A DNA stretch of 64,000 bases from an uncultured virus (IMG/VR IMGVR_UViG_3300034071_001673) (Duplodnaviria > Heunggongvirae > Uroviricota > Caudoviricetes): IMG/VR virus record IMGVR_UViG_3300034071_001673, one strand, 5' to 3'. Positions 45,519 through 55,709 of the stretch are shown one piece after another. Both the position numbers and the translations under genes were made by a program. Under the pieces are notes generated by a model that was not told where the DNA came from, made no database searches, and saw nothing but the letters and a program-made list of their open reading frames with translations. Positions within the stretch are counted from its first letter, which is position 1. Each line of letters begins with the position of its first letter.

Positions 45519-46540
45519 TAGTCTTGTTGTCCACTCATATATCCACGAGATTGAGTAAGATCGCCAAGATCAACGCAAAGATATGCACCGTCGCTGGCAG
45601 AAAATGGAAACTTATCAATAGTGTTCTGAACCGTATATGGCGCAACAGCACCACCTGCAGTGAAACCATGAGTTGTACTAGAAGTTCCAGCTGCACCGTA
45701 CCTACCTTGAGTCAAATCAGCAATATCAGAAGAATTTTGATTTGTGATAAATGAAAACCTTTGAATCACATTGCTAACAGTTCCTGGCCAACCACCACCA
45801 GTCACATAACCATGATGTTGAGAAGAAATGCCTGAGGCGATTTGATATGCAGAAGCAGATAAGATATCTCCAATATCTGTTGCATTTGCGTCCGATGCGA
45901 ATGGAAATTTGTCAATGACATTTGAACTGGTTCCGCCAGCAGTATATCCATGAGTAGTTGATGAATGTCCAGTTGAATAATATCTTGCTTGAGATAAACT
46001 TCCAACAGAGGTGGCGTTTAAATCAACAGCAAATGGAAATTTGTCGATCGTTGCTCTAGTTGGCGGTGTGATGCCACCGCTGCTATATCCTGCAGTATTT
46101 GAAGATTGACCAACTGGACCATATCGACCTTGTGTCAAATCACCAACATCTGTTGCATTACTGTGTATTGCAAATGGGAATTTGTCAATTACATTACTAA
46201 ATGGTGGTCCCAGATATCCACCTGTTGAATAACCATAGGTTGCTGATGATTGAGACGCCAACAAACATCTGGCTTGAGTTAAATCTCCAACGTCAGTTGC
46301 ATTAGACAATGCAAACACAAAAGAAAATTTGTCAATAACGTTAGATCCAGGAGGAAGCCATCCTCCACTCGTATATCCTGCCACAGTTCCTTGGAATGGA
46401 TAGTTTAATGCTTCGATTGAAGTGGCGGTCAACGTTCCCATGGAATTTGAATAAGATGATTTGACAGAAATTCCAATGTTGTCAACTGATAAACTATAGT
46501 TGCCGAAATCAATTCTATTGTCGTAAATGCGAATGGTCAT
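45518..46540 (-). CDS. Kelch-like beta-propeller repeat protein (paralogue 2)
   Basis: Same ~48-aa repeat. Confidence 0.75.
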   Translation of the reverse strand: MTIRIYDNRIDFGNYSLSVDNIGISVKSSYSNSMGTLTATSIEALNYPFQGTVAGYTSGGWLPPGSNVIDKFSFVFALSNATDVGDLTQARCLLASQSSATYGYSTGGYLGPPFSNVIDKFPFAIHSNATDVGDLTQGRYGPVGQSSNTAGYSSGGITPPTRATIDKFPFAVDLNATSVGSLSQARYYSTGHSSTTHGYTAGGTSSNVIDKFPFASDANATDIGDILSASAYQIASGISSQHHGYVTGGGWPGTVSNVIQRFSFITNQNSSDIADLTQGRYGAAGTSSTTHGFTAGGAVAPYTVQNTIDKFPFSASDGAYLCVDLGDLTQSRGYMSGQQD

Positions 46541-47544
46541 ACTTGATGCCCCACGCTTTGTCTCGCTTGAGTCAAATCACCAATATCAGTTGCATTTGCA
46601 TCTGTAAAAAACGGAAATTTATCGATAACATTACTGTAGCCACCTGGCCACGAAGGAACGTAATGACCGCCTGTGGAATATCCATTAGTTGTTGATGAAG
46701 AACCAGCAAGCCCAGATCTTTGAAGAGACAAAGTTCCAATAGAAGTTGCATTTGTATCGGCAGCAAATGGCCATTTATCTATGATATTAACACTCGCGCT
46801 TGGTGGGGTGCCATTAAATAAATTTCCGCCAACAGTATATCCATTTGTTGCAGAAGAAACGCCTCCTGGATAGTATCTTGCTTGAGATAAGTTTCCTACA
46901 TCTACTGCATTTGTGTCAGTGGCAAAGGGAAATTTATCGATAGTGTCTCTACTAGTATATGGAGGATATGTTAATCCACCAGAAACATATCCACTGACGC
47001 TAGAATTATGTCCAGCGACGCCAAATCTTGCTTGAGTTAAATCGCCAACATCAGTTGCGTTTTGATTTACGCTAAATGGAAATTTGTCAATAACATTAGA
47101 ATCAACCGAAGTTAATCCACCGCTACTATAACCGTGTGTTGTAGAGGATTGACCTGAATGAGATCTAACTGAAGTTGTAGTATCAGAAATATCTGTTGCA
47201 TTTGCATCTACAGCAAACGGAAATCTATCAATGGTGTTAACGTTACTCCCATTATAACCTGCAGAATGATAGCCATGTGTTTTTGAAGATTGCGATGCAC
47301 CAAAAAATCTTGCTTGGCTTAAATTGCCAACTGGAGTTGCGTTCGCATCAGTTGCGAATGGAAATTTATCAATAGTTGCTAATGCGCCACCATTGTATCC
47401 ACTGCTCGCATAACCAGATATTGTCCCTTGAAAAAGATTTATAAAGTTTGATGCAACTATTCTCCCGTCAAAGGAAAATCCAGTGGGAGTAGCATAAAGA
47501 GTATAATCGTCAAATTGTATTCTATCTTTTTGAACACGGATCAT
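46537..47544 (-). CDS. Kelch-like beta-propeller repeat protein (paralogue 3)
   Basis: Same ~48-aa repeat. Confidence 0.75.
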   Translation of the reverse strand: MIRVQKDRIQFDDYTLYATPTGFSFDGRIVASNFINLFQGTISGYASSGYNGGALATIDKFPFATDANATPVGNLSQARFFGASQSSKTHGYHSAGYNGSNVNTIDRFPFAVDANATDISDTTTSVRSHSGQSSTTHGYSSGGLTSVDSNVIDKFPFSVNQNATDVGDLTQARFGVAGHNSSVSGYVSGGLTYPPYTSRDTIDKFPFATDTNAVDVGNLSQARYYPGGVSSATNGYTVGGNLFNGTPPSASVNIIDKWPFAADTNATSIGTLSLQRSGLAGSSSTTNGYSTGGHYVPSWPGGYSNVIDKFPFFTDANATDIGDLTQARQSVGHQV

Positions 47545-47669
47545 AGATCGTCTACTGCTTCTTGAAGTGCTTTAAATGCTTCTGGCTCGTTCATTTGCAA
47601 CTTCATAAGCAGATTGATCAATTCACTCTTATCCAATTCAGATATTTTTTGAGCAAGAATAATTTCCAT
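47541..47669 (-). CDS. 42-aa helical peptide
   Basis: Not in ORF track: MEIILAQKISELDKSELINLLMKLQMNEPEAFKALQEAVDDL; ATGA-coupled to the next gene. Confidence 0.6.
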   Translation of the reverse strand: MEIILAQKISELDKSELINLLMKLQMNEPEAFKALQEAVDDL

Positions 47670-47670
47670 T

Positions 47671-48000
47671 TTAACCAGCTGTATTTTTTGCTACAAATCC
47701 ATCATACCATGATTCTGCAGCTGTTTGCACCTGTTCACTTGTAAGTTGAGCACCACCGACTGGAGACTCACCATCATCGCCATGCATTGGGCTGGCAGCA
47801 TGTATTGCAAGTGCTCGAGTAACAAATTGCTCTTTTGTAAGATAGTTAATTGTATCTGGCACATAGTGATCTGGATTTTCTTCAATCCAGCCAATATAGG
47901 TGTGATCACTTGGGTTAAACCAGTGACCGCGATCGTCGATAAACTCTGGCACTAGGCGACGATGACCTTGTTTATGTAACTTGTATTCTGCAACAGGCAT
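47671..48000 (-). CDS. Hypothetical protein
   Basis: 109 aa, tightly packed in the operon. Confidence 0.7.
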   Translation of the reverse strand: MPVAEYKLHKQGHRRLVPEFIDDRGHWFNPSDHTYIGWIEENPDHYVPDTINYLTKEQFVTRALAIHAASPMHGDDGESPVGGAQLTSEQVQTAAESWYDGFVAKNTAG

Positions 48001-48921
48001 TTATTCTTCCTCTTTCTTTTCGAGCAATGCTACCTTATTTGAATAAGAAAATTCCTCAATTGGTTCGCTGCTGAATCCTTGTAGTTTCATTCTAGCAACG
48101 TCAACTTTATAAACATCAGCCAATTCGTCAACCAACTTATCAACAAATTCGTACAATCCGCTTACGTCCCATGTTTGTTGTTTGGCTTCATTTTCAACAT
48201 AGGCTCGAAGAACTGCCTGCAACTTCATTGGATTCACACCAATCTGTTCGACGTATTCTTGTTCACCTTTCGAAATACTACCAAACTGACGAACATCACG
48301 AATGCATTGTACAATTGAACGTTTTAGGTGACTCTTTGTTTCTTCTTTCTCAATATCATGTTCAGTGAAACCAGAAACCTTCTCTTTTAATTCTTCGTAA
48401 AGAGCATTCAACGTAAGAACGTCTTTCATTGCTCCTTCAACGTAACTCATACCTTCAGCCAAACCCTCTTTAAGTTTCGTGAGTTTAACTTTTAATTCTA
48501 CTTCGCGCCAATAATCGAGACCCTCTTTTTGAAGTTCTTCTTCAATTTTACGAATCTTAATCTCAACCTCAACATGGCGCCATTTGGCTTCGTTCAATGC
48601 GGCTTTCTTTTTAGCCATCTCAGCAGCAATCTGACGCATATTCTTATATGGTGCATGATAACTGAGATTTAGATGCTTCCAAGACCACTGAGAGTGACTA
48701 TGATTCCAAATGCTTTGCAACTCTTCGACGTTTTGAATCGCCTTATCGACTTTCGTAGAGTTGACAAGCAACGAAGTGTTACCGAAACTTTGTATTGCCT
48801 TTACAGTACCTCGCCCAAAAACATAACTCATTGGGACTTTGAGTTCTGAGGATAGCGCCAAATCCTTGCGAATTTCCTCAAAAATGGCTAATTCTTTATC
48901 TTTCGCTTCATTCTCACTCAT
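48001..48921 (-). CDS. Coiled-coil hypothetical protein
   Basis: 306 aa, long heptad-rich helices. Confidence 0.7.
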   Translation of the reverse strand: MSENEAKDKELAIFEEIRKDLALSSELKVPMSYVFGRGTVKAIQSFGNTSLLVNSTKVDKAIQNVEELQSIWNHSHSQWSWKHLNLSYHAPYKNMRQIAAEMAKKKAALNEAKWRHVEVEIKIRKIEEELQKEGLDYWREVELKVKLTKLKEGLAEGMSYVEGAMKDVLTLNALYEELKEKVSGFTEHDIEKEETKSHLKRSIVQCIRDVRQFGSISKGEQEYVEQIGVNPMKLQAVLRAYVENEAKQQTWDVSGLYEFVDKLVDELADVYKVDVARMKLQGFSSEPIEEFSYSNKVALLEKKEEE

Positions 48922-50159
48922 CTAAATCTCCTAGATCCATGAATCCAAATGACTAATGCATAACGATTTCCTTTCGTAATCGGAGTCACTTTATGCGTCA
49001 TATAACTTGGGAACAAATGAACCGAACCTCTCTCTTTGGTTGCAACGACTTCTGTTCCATGATTATTTATAACTAACTCGCACCCCTCATATTCACTGGG
49101 ATCGCTTAATTGAGCCGTGAAAGAGATCTTTCGAGTCACTGGCTCACCATTTCCAGCATCAACGTGCCAATCGTAATGACCCTTAACGTCGAAGTCAGAG
49201 GAATATTCAATTAACTGAATTCCATGAGTGATTCCAGTTAAATCGTATTGAAAATGATGTTCATTCGCAAACGATACAATGTTTGCGACTTTCTGAAAGA
49301 TCCAATGGTTTTCTTCGTCGTTTTCTAGGATATAGATATTGGCTGAGCGAATACCTCTAGAAATACGACTATTTTCTTTCGATCCACCAACACCTGCTGT
49401 CGATGGATATGCATCGTTGAGCATTTTAAGTATCGTATCGCATTCTTTATCAGTAAACTTTAACTCTGGAATGTTTTGACTGTTGATCGGATAATATCCA
49501 GGAAAAGTATTATCTAAAGTGCTCGGAATAATAATGGTATTGAATATCGGTTTTGGAAACTTAAAGTCTTGCTTCTCTGTTTTGGGAAGAACATTTTTGA
49601 CTTTATCTACACCAAACTTCTCACGACCATCTTTTGCATGAGATGCATATGGACCATTCGCATCAACATAATGAAAGAATACTTGAATGTGCCAGTTACC
49701 TTTAAACGCTGGACGCCAATGTAAGATATCGCATCCAGCATAAACTGCCATCTCTCCAATATCAAGATCGACTGGAATCTCTTTTTCTTCATCAAAGAAG
49801 ATCTTCCAAAGATGTTTAGCGTCGAATCCAAGCGTCATGGTCGCGCTAATCTCACAGGCTGGACGATCTTTATGTTTTTTCAGTACCTCGCCAGTTCGAT
49901 AGATTCGAGCATAGGTATATGTTGGGAGAAGAGTTTTGCCTAGATGATCACCAATCGGCTTGGCAAATCTTTGCAATAGTTCATCGAATGTGGGATCTCC
50001 ATAAACAGAGTCACTCAGTGGGCATTGCTCGTCTTTCACAAGTTTACCCTGCTTGAGAAGATCAAACATGTAAGTGACTAATTGTTCACAATTTTCTTTT
50101 GGCAAGACATTAGATAGGATTACAAATCCGTTATTATCGAAATGCTCTTTTACACTCAT
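48918..50159 (-). CDS. Tandem two-domain 2OG-Fe(II) oxygenase
   Basis: Domain 1: HKDRPACEIS...HWR; domain 2: WHVD...RKIS...HKVTPITKGNRYALVIW. Confidence 0.85.
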   Translation of the reverse strand: MSVKEHFDNNGFVILSNVLPKENCEQLVTYMFDLLKQGKLVKDEQCPLSDSVYGDPTFDELLQRFAKPIGDHLGKTLLPTYTYARIYRTGEVLKKHKDRPACEISATMTLGFDAKHLWKIFFDEEKEIPVDLDIGEMAVYAGCDILHWRPAFKGNWHIQVFFHYVDANGPYASHAKDGREKFGVDKVKNVLPKTEKQDFKFPKPIFNTIIIPSTLDNTFPGYYPINSQNIPELKFTDKECDTILKMLNDAYPSTAGVGGSKENSRISRGIRSANIYILENDEENHWIFQKVANIVSFANEHHFQYDLTGITHGIQLIEYSSDFDVKGHYDWHVDAGNGEPVTRKISFTAQLSDPSEYEGCELVINNHGTEVVATKERGSVHLFPSYMTHKVTPITKGNRYALVIWIHGSRRFR

Positions 50160-50719
50160 GATATTTCTCTCTTAATATCAAAATTAAAACTCAAACTAAT
50201 TCTCTTCTCATCACTCATATTTGGTTCAACATAATGCGAAAGCCAACTTGGAAATATAATACAACTTAATGGGCTTGGTTCAACTGGATAATTTCTAATT
50301 TTATATGGACTAGTATCGGCTCTTACTGCTGGGCTCTCGAGTATTAATTTGCCGCAGTTGGGTGGAGTCTTCAAATAAAACACACCAGATAATATTCCTT
50401 CGTGTGTATGCGCTGCGTTAAATGAATGTTTGTAATTTATGTTCGCCCACATACTGATTAAATGTAATTCTGGTAGGTCTTGCGATTTAGCAATATCATT
50501 TGCAAGAATTAATATAACCTTTTTAAACTCTTGGAACAATCCTTCTTTATGAAGATCACTTCTAGATTGCCACCCACCAAAATTACTTTTCTTTTTAGAT
50601 GGCTCTGTTTCTTCTAGATGTGAAATTAAATCTAGATAATCGCTCGAGTGATATTTCTCGCTATTAATTATATATCCCCAAATAGGAACAGAAAAAATAT
50701 TGTGTTGATTAGGATGCAT
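50156..50719 (-). CDS. 2OG-Fe(II) oxygenase (TIGR02466-like)
   Basis: WANIN, HTH, SGVFY, FPSWLSHYV, RISLSFN. Confidence 0.85.
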   Translation of the reverse strand: MHPNQHNIFSVPIWGYIINSEKYHSSDYLDLISHLEETEPSKKKSNFGGWQSRSDLHKEGLFQEFKKVILILANDIAKSQDLPELHLISMWANINYKHSFNAAHTHEGILSGVFYLKTPPNCGKLILESPAVRADTSPYKIRNYPVEPSPLSCIIFPSWLSHYVEPNMSDEKRISLSFNFDIKREIS

Positions 50720-51536
50720 CTGGATAAAACCCTTCGTAAAACCATTTATAATTGTTTAAAACTTCCTGTTGAAAGCGAGTAGAAAATGTTCTCTGTGGTT
50801 CTTTATAATATTGAAAAGATGGAGCAGTTTGATGATCAGCACGTTCTTTAAAATATGCATGATCATGTTCGAACAAAACTGATTGACTGATATTTTCTAA
50901 ATCATGTGAATAATATTCTTCGCCTATATGATTGTAGACTTTCTTAAGAATATAGATTGGATCTTTTGTAAAATCTTCAAATCGAATAAACAAAACTTTA
51001 GATGGATTTTTCTTGAATACATCCATCATTCTAGTAACATCGTTCGCTAATGCATCAGACAAAACATTTAATGATTTAAAATAATACCCAAACTTCTCAG
51101 ACTCAGACATGGCAGGAACAAGAGCATTATCGTCGGCAAAAGAATGAAGAGCAAGAGTTCGTTGATTTATTTTCTCGAAACTCTCAATAATATCTCTAAG
51201 ATCACGAACCATGCAAATATACTTGCTATCTGGATATAAATGAAATAGATTTGACCAAGAACGATTCTTGGATATTACGACAGGTTTGTTGGTAAGTGCT
51301 TCAAACCATCCCTTCGTTGCTCCATGAATTAATCCGTACATGGCTTTATCGGCTTGCTCCAAACTCATTGCTTGAAATTGCTCGCGATAACGAGACTTGA
51401 TTAAAACTTGCTGATGCAAGAGATCGGGCAAAGCACAAGTGCCTGTTGTAAATATTCTTGGATTTTGCTGCAGGATATTCATAAGCACTGTAGAACCAGT
51501 GCGAGGCAATCCGCCACAGAAGAATAATTTGTTCAT
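50709..51536 (-). CDS. Sulfotransferase family protein
   Basis: GLPRTGST 5'-PSB loop; MVRDLRDIIES 3'-PB motif; RFEDF. Confidence 0.85.
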   Translation of the reverse strand: MNKLFFCGGLPRTGSTVLMNILQQNPRIFTTGTCALPDLLHQQVLIKSRYREQFQAMSLEQADKAMYGLIHGATKGWFEALTNKPVVISKNRSWSNLFHLYPDSKYICMVRDLRDIIESFEKINQRTLALHSFADDNALVPAMSESEKFGYYFKSLNVLSDALANDVTRMMDVFKKNPSKVLFIRFEDFTKDPIYILKKVYNHIGEEYYSHDLENISQSVLFEHDHAYFKERADHQTAPSFQYYKEPQRTFSTRFQQEVLNNYKWFYEGFYPDAS

Positions 51537-51554
51537 TATTTACCCAAAAACTAT

Positions 51555-51583
51555 ATTATAACAAAAAGTCAACTAAAAATCAA
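51555..51583 (-). promoter_or_regulatory. Sigma70-type promoter for the sulfotransferase/oxygenase genes
   Basis: TTGATT-17-TATAAT with TG extension. Confidence 0.6.
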
Positions 51584-52668
51584 TTTATAAACCCATTAGA
51601 TTGGAATTTAGGTTCTGTCAAATCCCCAATATCAGTAGCATTGGAATCAGTAGCAAAAGGAAATTTATCAATTGCATTTGTCGCTGTCACTGGTGCTGGA
51701 GGATTATTGCTCGTTGCGCCGCCAAGCATATATCCATGCGTTGCGCTAGATGATGAACATGCACTTGCGTTATTTGATGAAAGATCACCAACATAAGTTG
51801 ACGTTCCCTCAGCTGCAAATGACATTTTGTCAATTGTTCTATATCGTACAACAGGAGTATTTGCAACCCCGCCCATTGCATAACCATGTGTTGGTGAAGA
51901 CGCTCCAATCACAAGCCATCTTGCGCGTGTTGTTTCTCCAACCAAAGCTGAATCTGTTTCGGATGAAAAACGATACTTTTCAATTATATTTGTCAAGATA
52001 GTTGCTGGTGGACCAGAACCTAACAATGTTCCATTCATAATGTATCCATCAGTTAAAGATGCTGCTTCACATGGACCCTGACGATAATATGTCATACCAC
52101 CAATAATTGCTGTTTCTGCTTCATTTGCAAAAGAAAATCTTTCAATGTCGACAGGGACTTCATTATATATTTTCATCCCACCAACATATCCATGAGTTGG
52201 CGATGCAACACCTACACCGCCATTGACTCGAACAAATTGTAGATTACCAACGCCAGCTGATGGCGCTTCAGTGGCAAAATTAAATTTTTCAATATTAAAG
52301 TAATATGCTAAACCCATTTGAGGTGGGAGTGGGCTAGATTCTGTTGTAGAGTCCCCACTAACTGCATAACCTGCTAATTCTGAAGAACAAGACCCACCTC
52401 TTCTTCTTTTTAATTGCGCGCTTGCAATTGATGTTGCATTTGTATCTGTAGCAAACGGAAATCTTTCAATTGTTTGATTGTATACTGGCGGCGGAGATCT
52501 GAGTGGATAAATTCCAGCAGAAGCATATCCATATAATGTTCCTGCATGCGGTGGTGTTGTATTCGCAGCACCAGCGATCATATATCCTAAAGATGATATT
52601 GACACTTGCGTCAAATTTGCATTTGAACTATCATCGATAACGGTTATATTATTGATTGTAATTGCCAT
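51580..52668 (-). CDS. Kelch-like beta-propeller repeat protein (paralogue 4, divergent)
   Basis: HGY..GG / IERFPFA repeats. Confidence 0.72.
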   Translation of the reverse strand: MAITINNITVIDDSSNANLTQVSISSLGYMIAGAANTTPPHAGTLYGYASAGIYPLRSPPPVYNQTIERFPFATDTNATSIASAQLKRRRGGSCSSELAGYAVSGDSTTESSPLPPQMGLAYYFNIEKFNFATEAPSAGVGNLQFVRVNGGVGVASPTHGYVGGMKIYNEVPVDIERFSFANEAETAIIGGMTYYRQGPCEAASLTDGYIMNGTLLGSGPPATILTNIIEKYRFSSETDSALVGETTRARWLVIGASSPTHGYAMGGVANTPVVRYRTIDKMSFAAEGTSTYVGDLSSNNASACSSSSATHGYMLGGATSNNPPAPVTATNAIDKFPFATDSNATDIGDLTEPKFQSNGFIN

Positions 52669-55124
52669 TAGCCTTGTGAACCTGCAGGGTCAATTCTTGC
52701 TTGAGTTAAATCACCAACATCTGTGGCATTCGCGCTTGCAGCAAATAAAAACTTATCTATAACATTTCCATAAGTTGGTGAATCTGAGCCACCAGCTGTA
52801 TACCCATGAGTTGTTGAAGAAGAACCTGTACCAGTTGTTCTTCTAGCCTGAGTTAGATCACCCACATCTGATGCATTTGTGTCGCTAGAGAATGGAAATC
52901 TGTCAATGACATTTGAGTATAATGTAGGAGTTGCGGGGTGTCCACCACCAGAAGCATACCCATGAGTGGTTGATTGTGTGCCAGCACCAACACGTCTCGC
53001 TTCAGTCAAATCTCCAACAAATGTTGCATTTGTATCCGTCGCAAATGGAAATTTATCAATTGTTGCGACATTGACGAGAGCAGGAGGTGGAGGCGTTCCA
53101 CCACCAGAAGCATAACCGTGAGTGCTTGAACTTTGACCCATAGCACCAAATCGCACTACTGTCAAATTACCCACAGTTGTGGCAGCAGCAAACTCAGCAG
53201 CAAATGGAAATTTTTCTATTGCAGCTGTCCAAGTTACTGGTGGATATGCAGGCAAATTGGTCTGACCACCGCTTGCATATCCATGTGTAGAAGATTCTGA
53301 ACCAGCAGGGAAAGCTCTTTTTGTTACAAGCTCGCCAACATAGGTTGAGCCAATGTCTACAGCAAATGGGAATCGTTCAATTCTACCAATAGAAGTTTGA
53401 TTTGCAGGTAAAATCGCAGGTGAAGCAAACTGACCAGCAGCAGTATATCCATTTGTTGTTGATGATATGCCAGCTGCACCTCTAATTTGTTGCGACAAAT
53501 AACCTATCGTTGTTGCATTTGTATCTGATGCAAACGGAAACTTATCGATACGATCAGACTGAGCTGGGAATGGTAAGAGTGTGAGTCCACCGCTTGCATA
53601 GCCATGCGATAATGATACTGAACTGACTTCAATATATCCACTTGAAGGTGTGTTTACAGTGCTGAAAAATCCTTTTTGATTTGCATCGATAGTAGGATTT
53701 TGTCTTCCTGTTCCGACTAATCTTGTTGATGCAACGTTCGTGCTAAATGTGGTGAAGTCTGAACCGTCATAAGATCCGAACCAACTAAATGATCCAAGTT
53801 GATCTGTGCTGTTATAGATATGTGCATCTTCAGATAAGACTTCGTCCATTGGACGACCAGCAACTTGATAGATGTCTGCTCTTGTGCTATTGTTTAAAAT
53901 CCAAGTATTGCCGCTGTCGGTGCTCTTGTATTCACGAATATCCCATTGATTGTTTACTTCAGCGGCAACTGTGATAGTGTATTTGTCTCTCTCAGAGATT
54001 GCCATGCCGCCATAATAGTCACGAACTTGAACACCGTGGAATGGATATCCACCAGTGCAAACAGTTTTTGTATACCAAGTATTTCCTGTTTTATATGCGA
54101 CTTTATATTGAATTATATTAACAAGTTTATTGAATGTTCCGAATGCTACAGCATCGTCATGAACGTCAAACAAACGAACAGAATTATTTGCCCCTGAATT
54201 GGTGAACACTAATTCAAAGTCTGCTTCGTCAAATGGCAATCCAGTTCCATCAGTTAGATTACCGATGACTGCATTATTCGCATACACATCCCATGGGGCA
54301 GTGTTTCCGTTACGAAGAATTTTACCAAAGTAAATGTTATTATTGGAAGTCGAATCGTATGGATGCCAGCCCTGAGCAAAATTTAAAATATCTTTATCTT
54401 CGTAACTTCTTCTAATTGCAAAATATGGCCAAGTGTAAATTGACTTAAACAATCCTTTTGGCGTCGACAAATTCGCAACAGGATAATCACCAGTTACAGC
54501 CAGCCATTGATTCGCAGTGTTTAAAACTTGTTGACGACCCAATAAAATAAACTTTCCGTTGGCATTAAATGCGTTTGGATAGAACGATGCCGTTGCTGTT
54601 GGGGCAGTCGAGAAAGTTACGTTGACAAGATTTTTATTTGCTGGACTTTCGCCTTCATTAAATTCAATATAAAACATATTTTTTGTATTTAATACTGCAG
54701 AATTTGCCGTACGACCCTGAATAAAAATATAGGCTTTGTTATTGCCAGTTACAACTGCGCTGGCATTGTGATCGTCTTTTGAGAAAGTATTTGCTGGTGT
54801 AATTGTATACTGCGTTGTGTTTGCAGTATTATGATTGGTAATAGAGACGCCAACCGCTCCATTAGATTGTGTGAAGCAAGCATACGTCCAATGATTGGAT
54901 GCGTTTTTGTCGCGAAGGACTAGTGGCTTGATCCACCAAGACCACATGGCGTTATTAATTGTGACGCCAGTAGCACCGAGAGTTATAAAAGAATTCGAAT
55001 TTGCATTGACGGATGGCGTGGTATCTGGGATTTCGATGTACCCATTACTCGTAACAGACACTACATTGAAATTGCCGTTACCTGCGTCGCCAACTACTGT
55101 GTTACCCGCCTGTAGAATTGCCAT
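52668..55124 (-). CDS. Virion protein: BNR/Asp-box domain plus kelch-like propeller (paralogue 5)
   Basis: DDHNAS and YKSTDSGNTW (Asp-box); C-terminal ~310 aa of the shared repeat. Confidence 0.72.
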   Translation of the reverse strand: MAILQAGNTVVGDAGNGNFNVVSVTSNGYIEIPDTTPSVNANSNSFITLGATGVTINNAMWSWWIKPLVLRDKNASNHWTYACFTQSNGAVGVSITNHNTANTTQYTITPANTFSKDDHNASAVVTGNNKAYIFIQGRTANSAVLNTKNMFYIEFNEGESPANKNLVNVTFSTAPTATASFYPNAFNANGKFILLGRQQVLNTANQWLAVTGDYPVANLSTPKGLFKSIYTWPYFAIRRSYEDKDILNFAQGWHPYDSTSNNNIYFGKILRNGNTAPWDVYANNAVIGNLTDGTGLPFDEADFELVFTNSGANNSVRLFDVHDDAVAFGTFNKLVNIIQYKVAYKTGNTWYTKTVCTGGYPFHGVQVRDYYGGMAISERDKYTITVAAEVNNQWDIREYKSTDSGNTWILNNSTRADIYQVAGRPMDEVLSEDAHIYNSTDQLGSFSWFGSYDGSDFTTFSTNVASTRLVGTGRQNPTIDANQKGFFSTVNTPSSGYIEVSSVSLSHGYASGGLTLLPFPAQSDRIDKFPFASDTNATTIGYLSQQIRGAAGISSTTNGYTAAGQFASPAILPANQTSIGRIERFPFAVDIGSTYVGELVTKRAFPAGSESSTHGYASGGQTNLPAYPPVTWTAAIEKFPFAAEFAAATTVGNLTVVRFGAMGQSSSTHGYASGGGTPPPPALVNVATIDKFPFATDTNATFVGDLTEARRVGAGTQSTTHGYASGGGHPATPTLYSNVIDRFPFSSDTNASDVGDLTQARRTTGTGSSSTTHGYTAGGSDSPTYGNVIDKFLFAASANATDVGDLTQARIDPAGSQG

Positions 55125-55686
55125 TCTTTAGATTCTCAATTTCAGTGCGAAGTAATTGTACTTGTGAGTGAAGATCTTTCATTGCTTCAATAAGAATAGC
55201 ATTGAGACCTGCATAGTTTACAGTATGAACACCTTGTTCGTTGCGTGTAACTAATTCTGGTGCAACTAGTAATAATTCTTGAGCAATAACACCAAGAGAT
55301 GGTGCGCCTGTTTCTTTCCATGTGAAACGAACGCCACGAATATTAGCAAGCATTTCTACTGCATTTTTTAGCGTCTCAACGTTTTCTTTTTCTTGTAGAT
55401 CAGAAAGAGAATTGAAATTCGTTGCACTTACAGTACCAGTACTAGGATTAAAGTATAACTTCGAAGTGGCAACGTTGGTTGATGTGATATTGCCAGAGGC
55501 TGCATTCGTGAATAGAATATAGTAACCCGAACTATTAGTGGTAATTTCGTTAGCAACGTTGATTGCTCCACCAACCGAACCCCATTCGAGCCCAGTTCCA
55601 GTTGAATTGACTTTGAGAGCCTGACCAGCAGTTCCAATAGTTTGGAGATTTGTTCCGCCGATTTTAGTAGATACAACTGTTGTCAT
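55102..55686 (-). CDS. Short tail-fibre-related protein with intramolecular chaperone (peptidase S74-like) domain
   Basis: SLSDLQEKENV, GVRFTWK, GVIAQEL, VNYAGLNAILIEAMKDL. Confidence 0.85.
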   Translation of the reverse strand: MTTVVSTKIGGTNLQTIGTAGQALKVNSTGTGLEWGSVGGAINVANEITTNSSGYYILFTNAASGNITSTNVATSKLYFNPSTGTVSATNFNSLSDLQEKENVETLKNAVEMLANIRGVRFTWKETGAPSLGVIAQELLLVAPELVTRNEQGVHTVNYAGLNAILIEAMKDLHSQVQLLRTEIENLKNGNSTGG

Positions 55687-55709
55687 TGAAGTGATCCGTT
55701 TTTAGATAT

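Noticed and set aside
44487..55124. Paralogous repeats as diversity-generating retroelement targets
   Set aside because: No reverse transcriptase in the window and no near-identical TR/VR pair differing only at adenines; similarity is at protein level.
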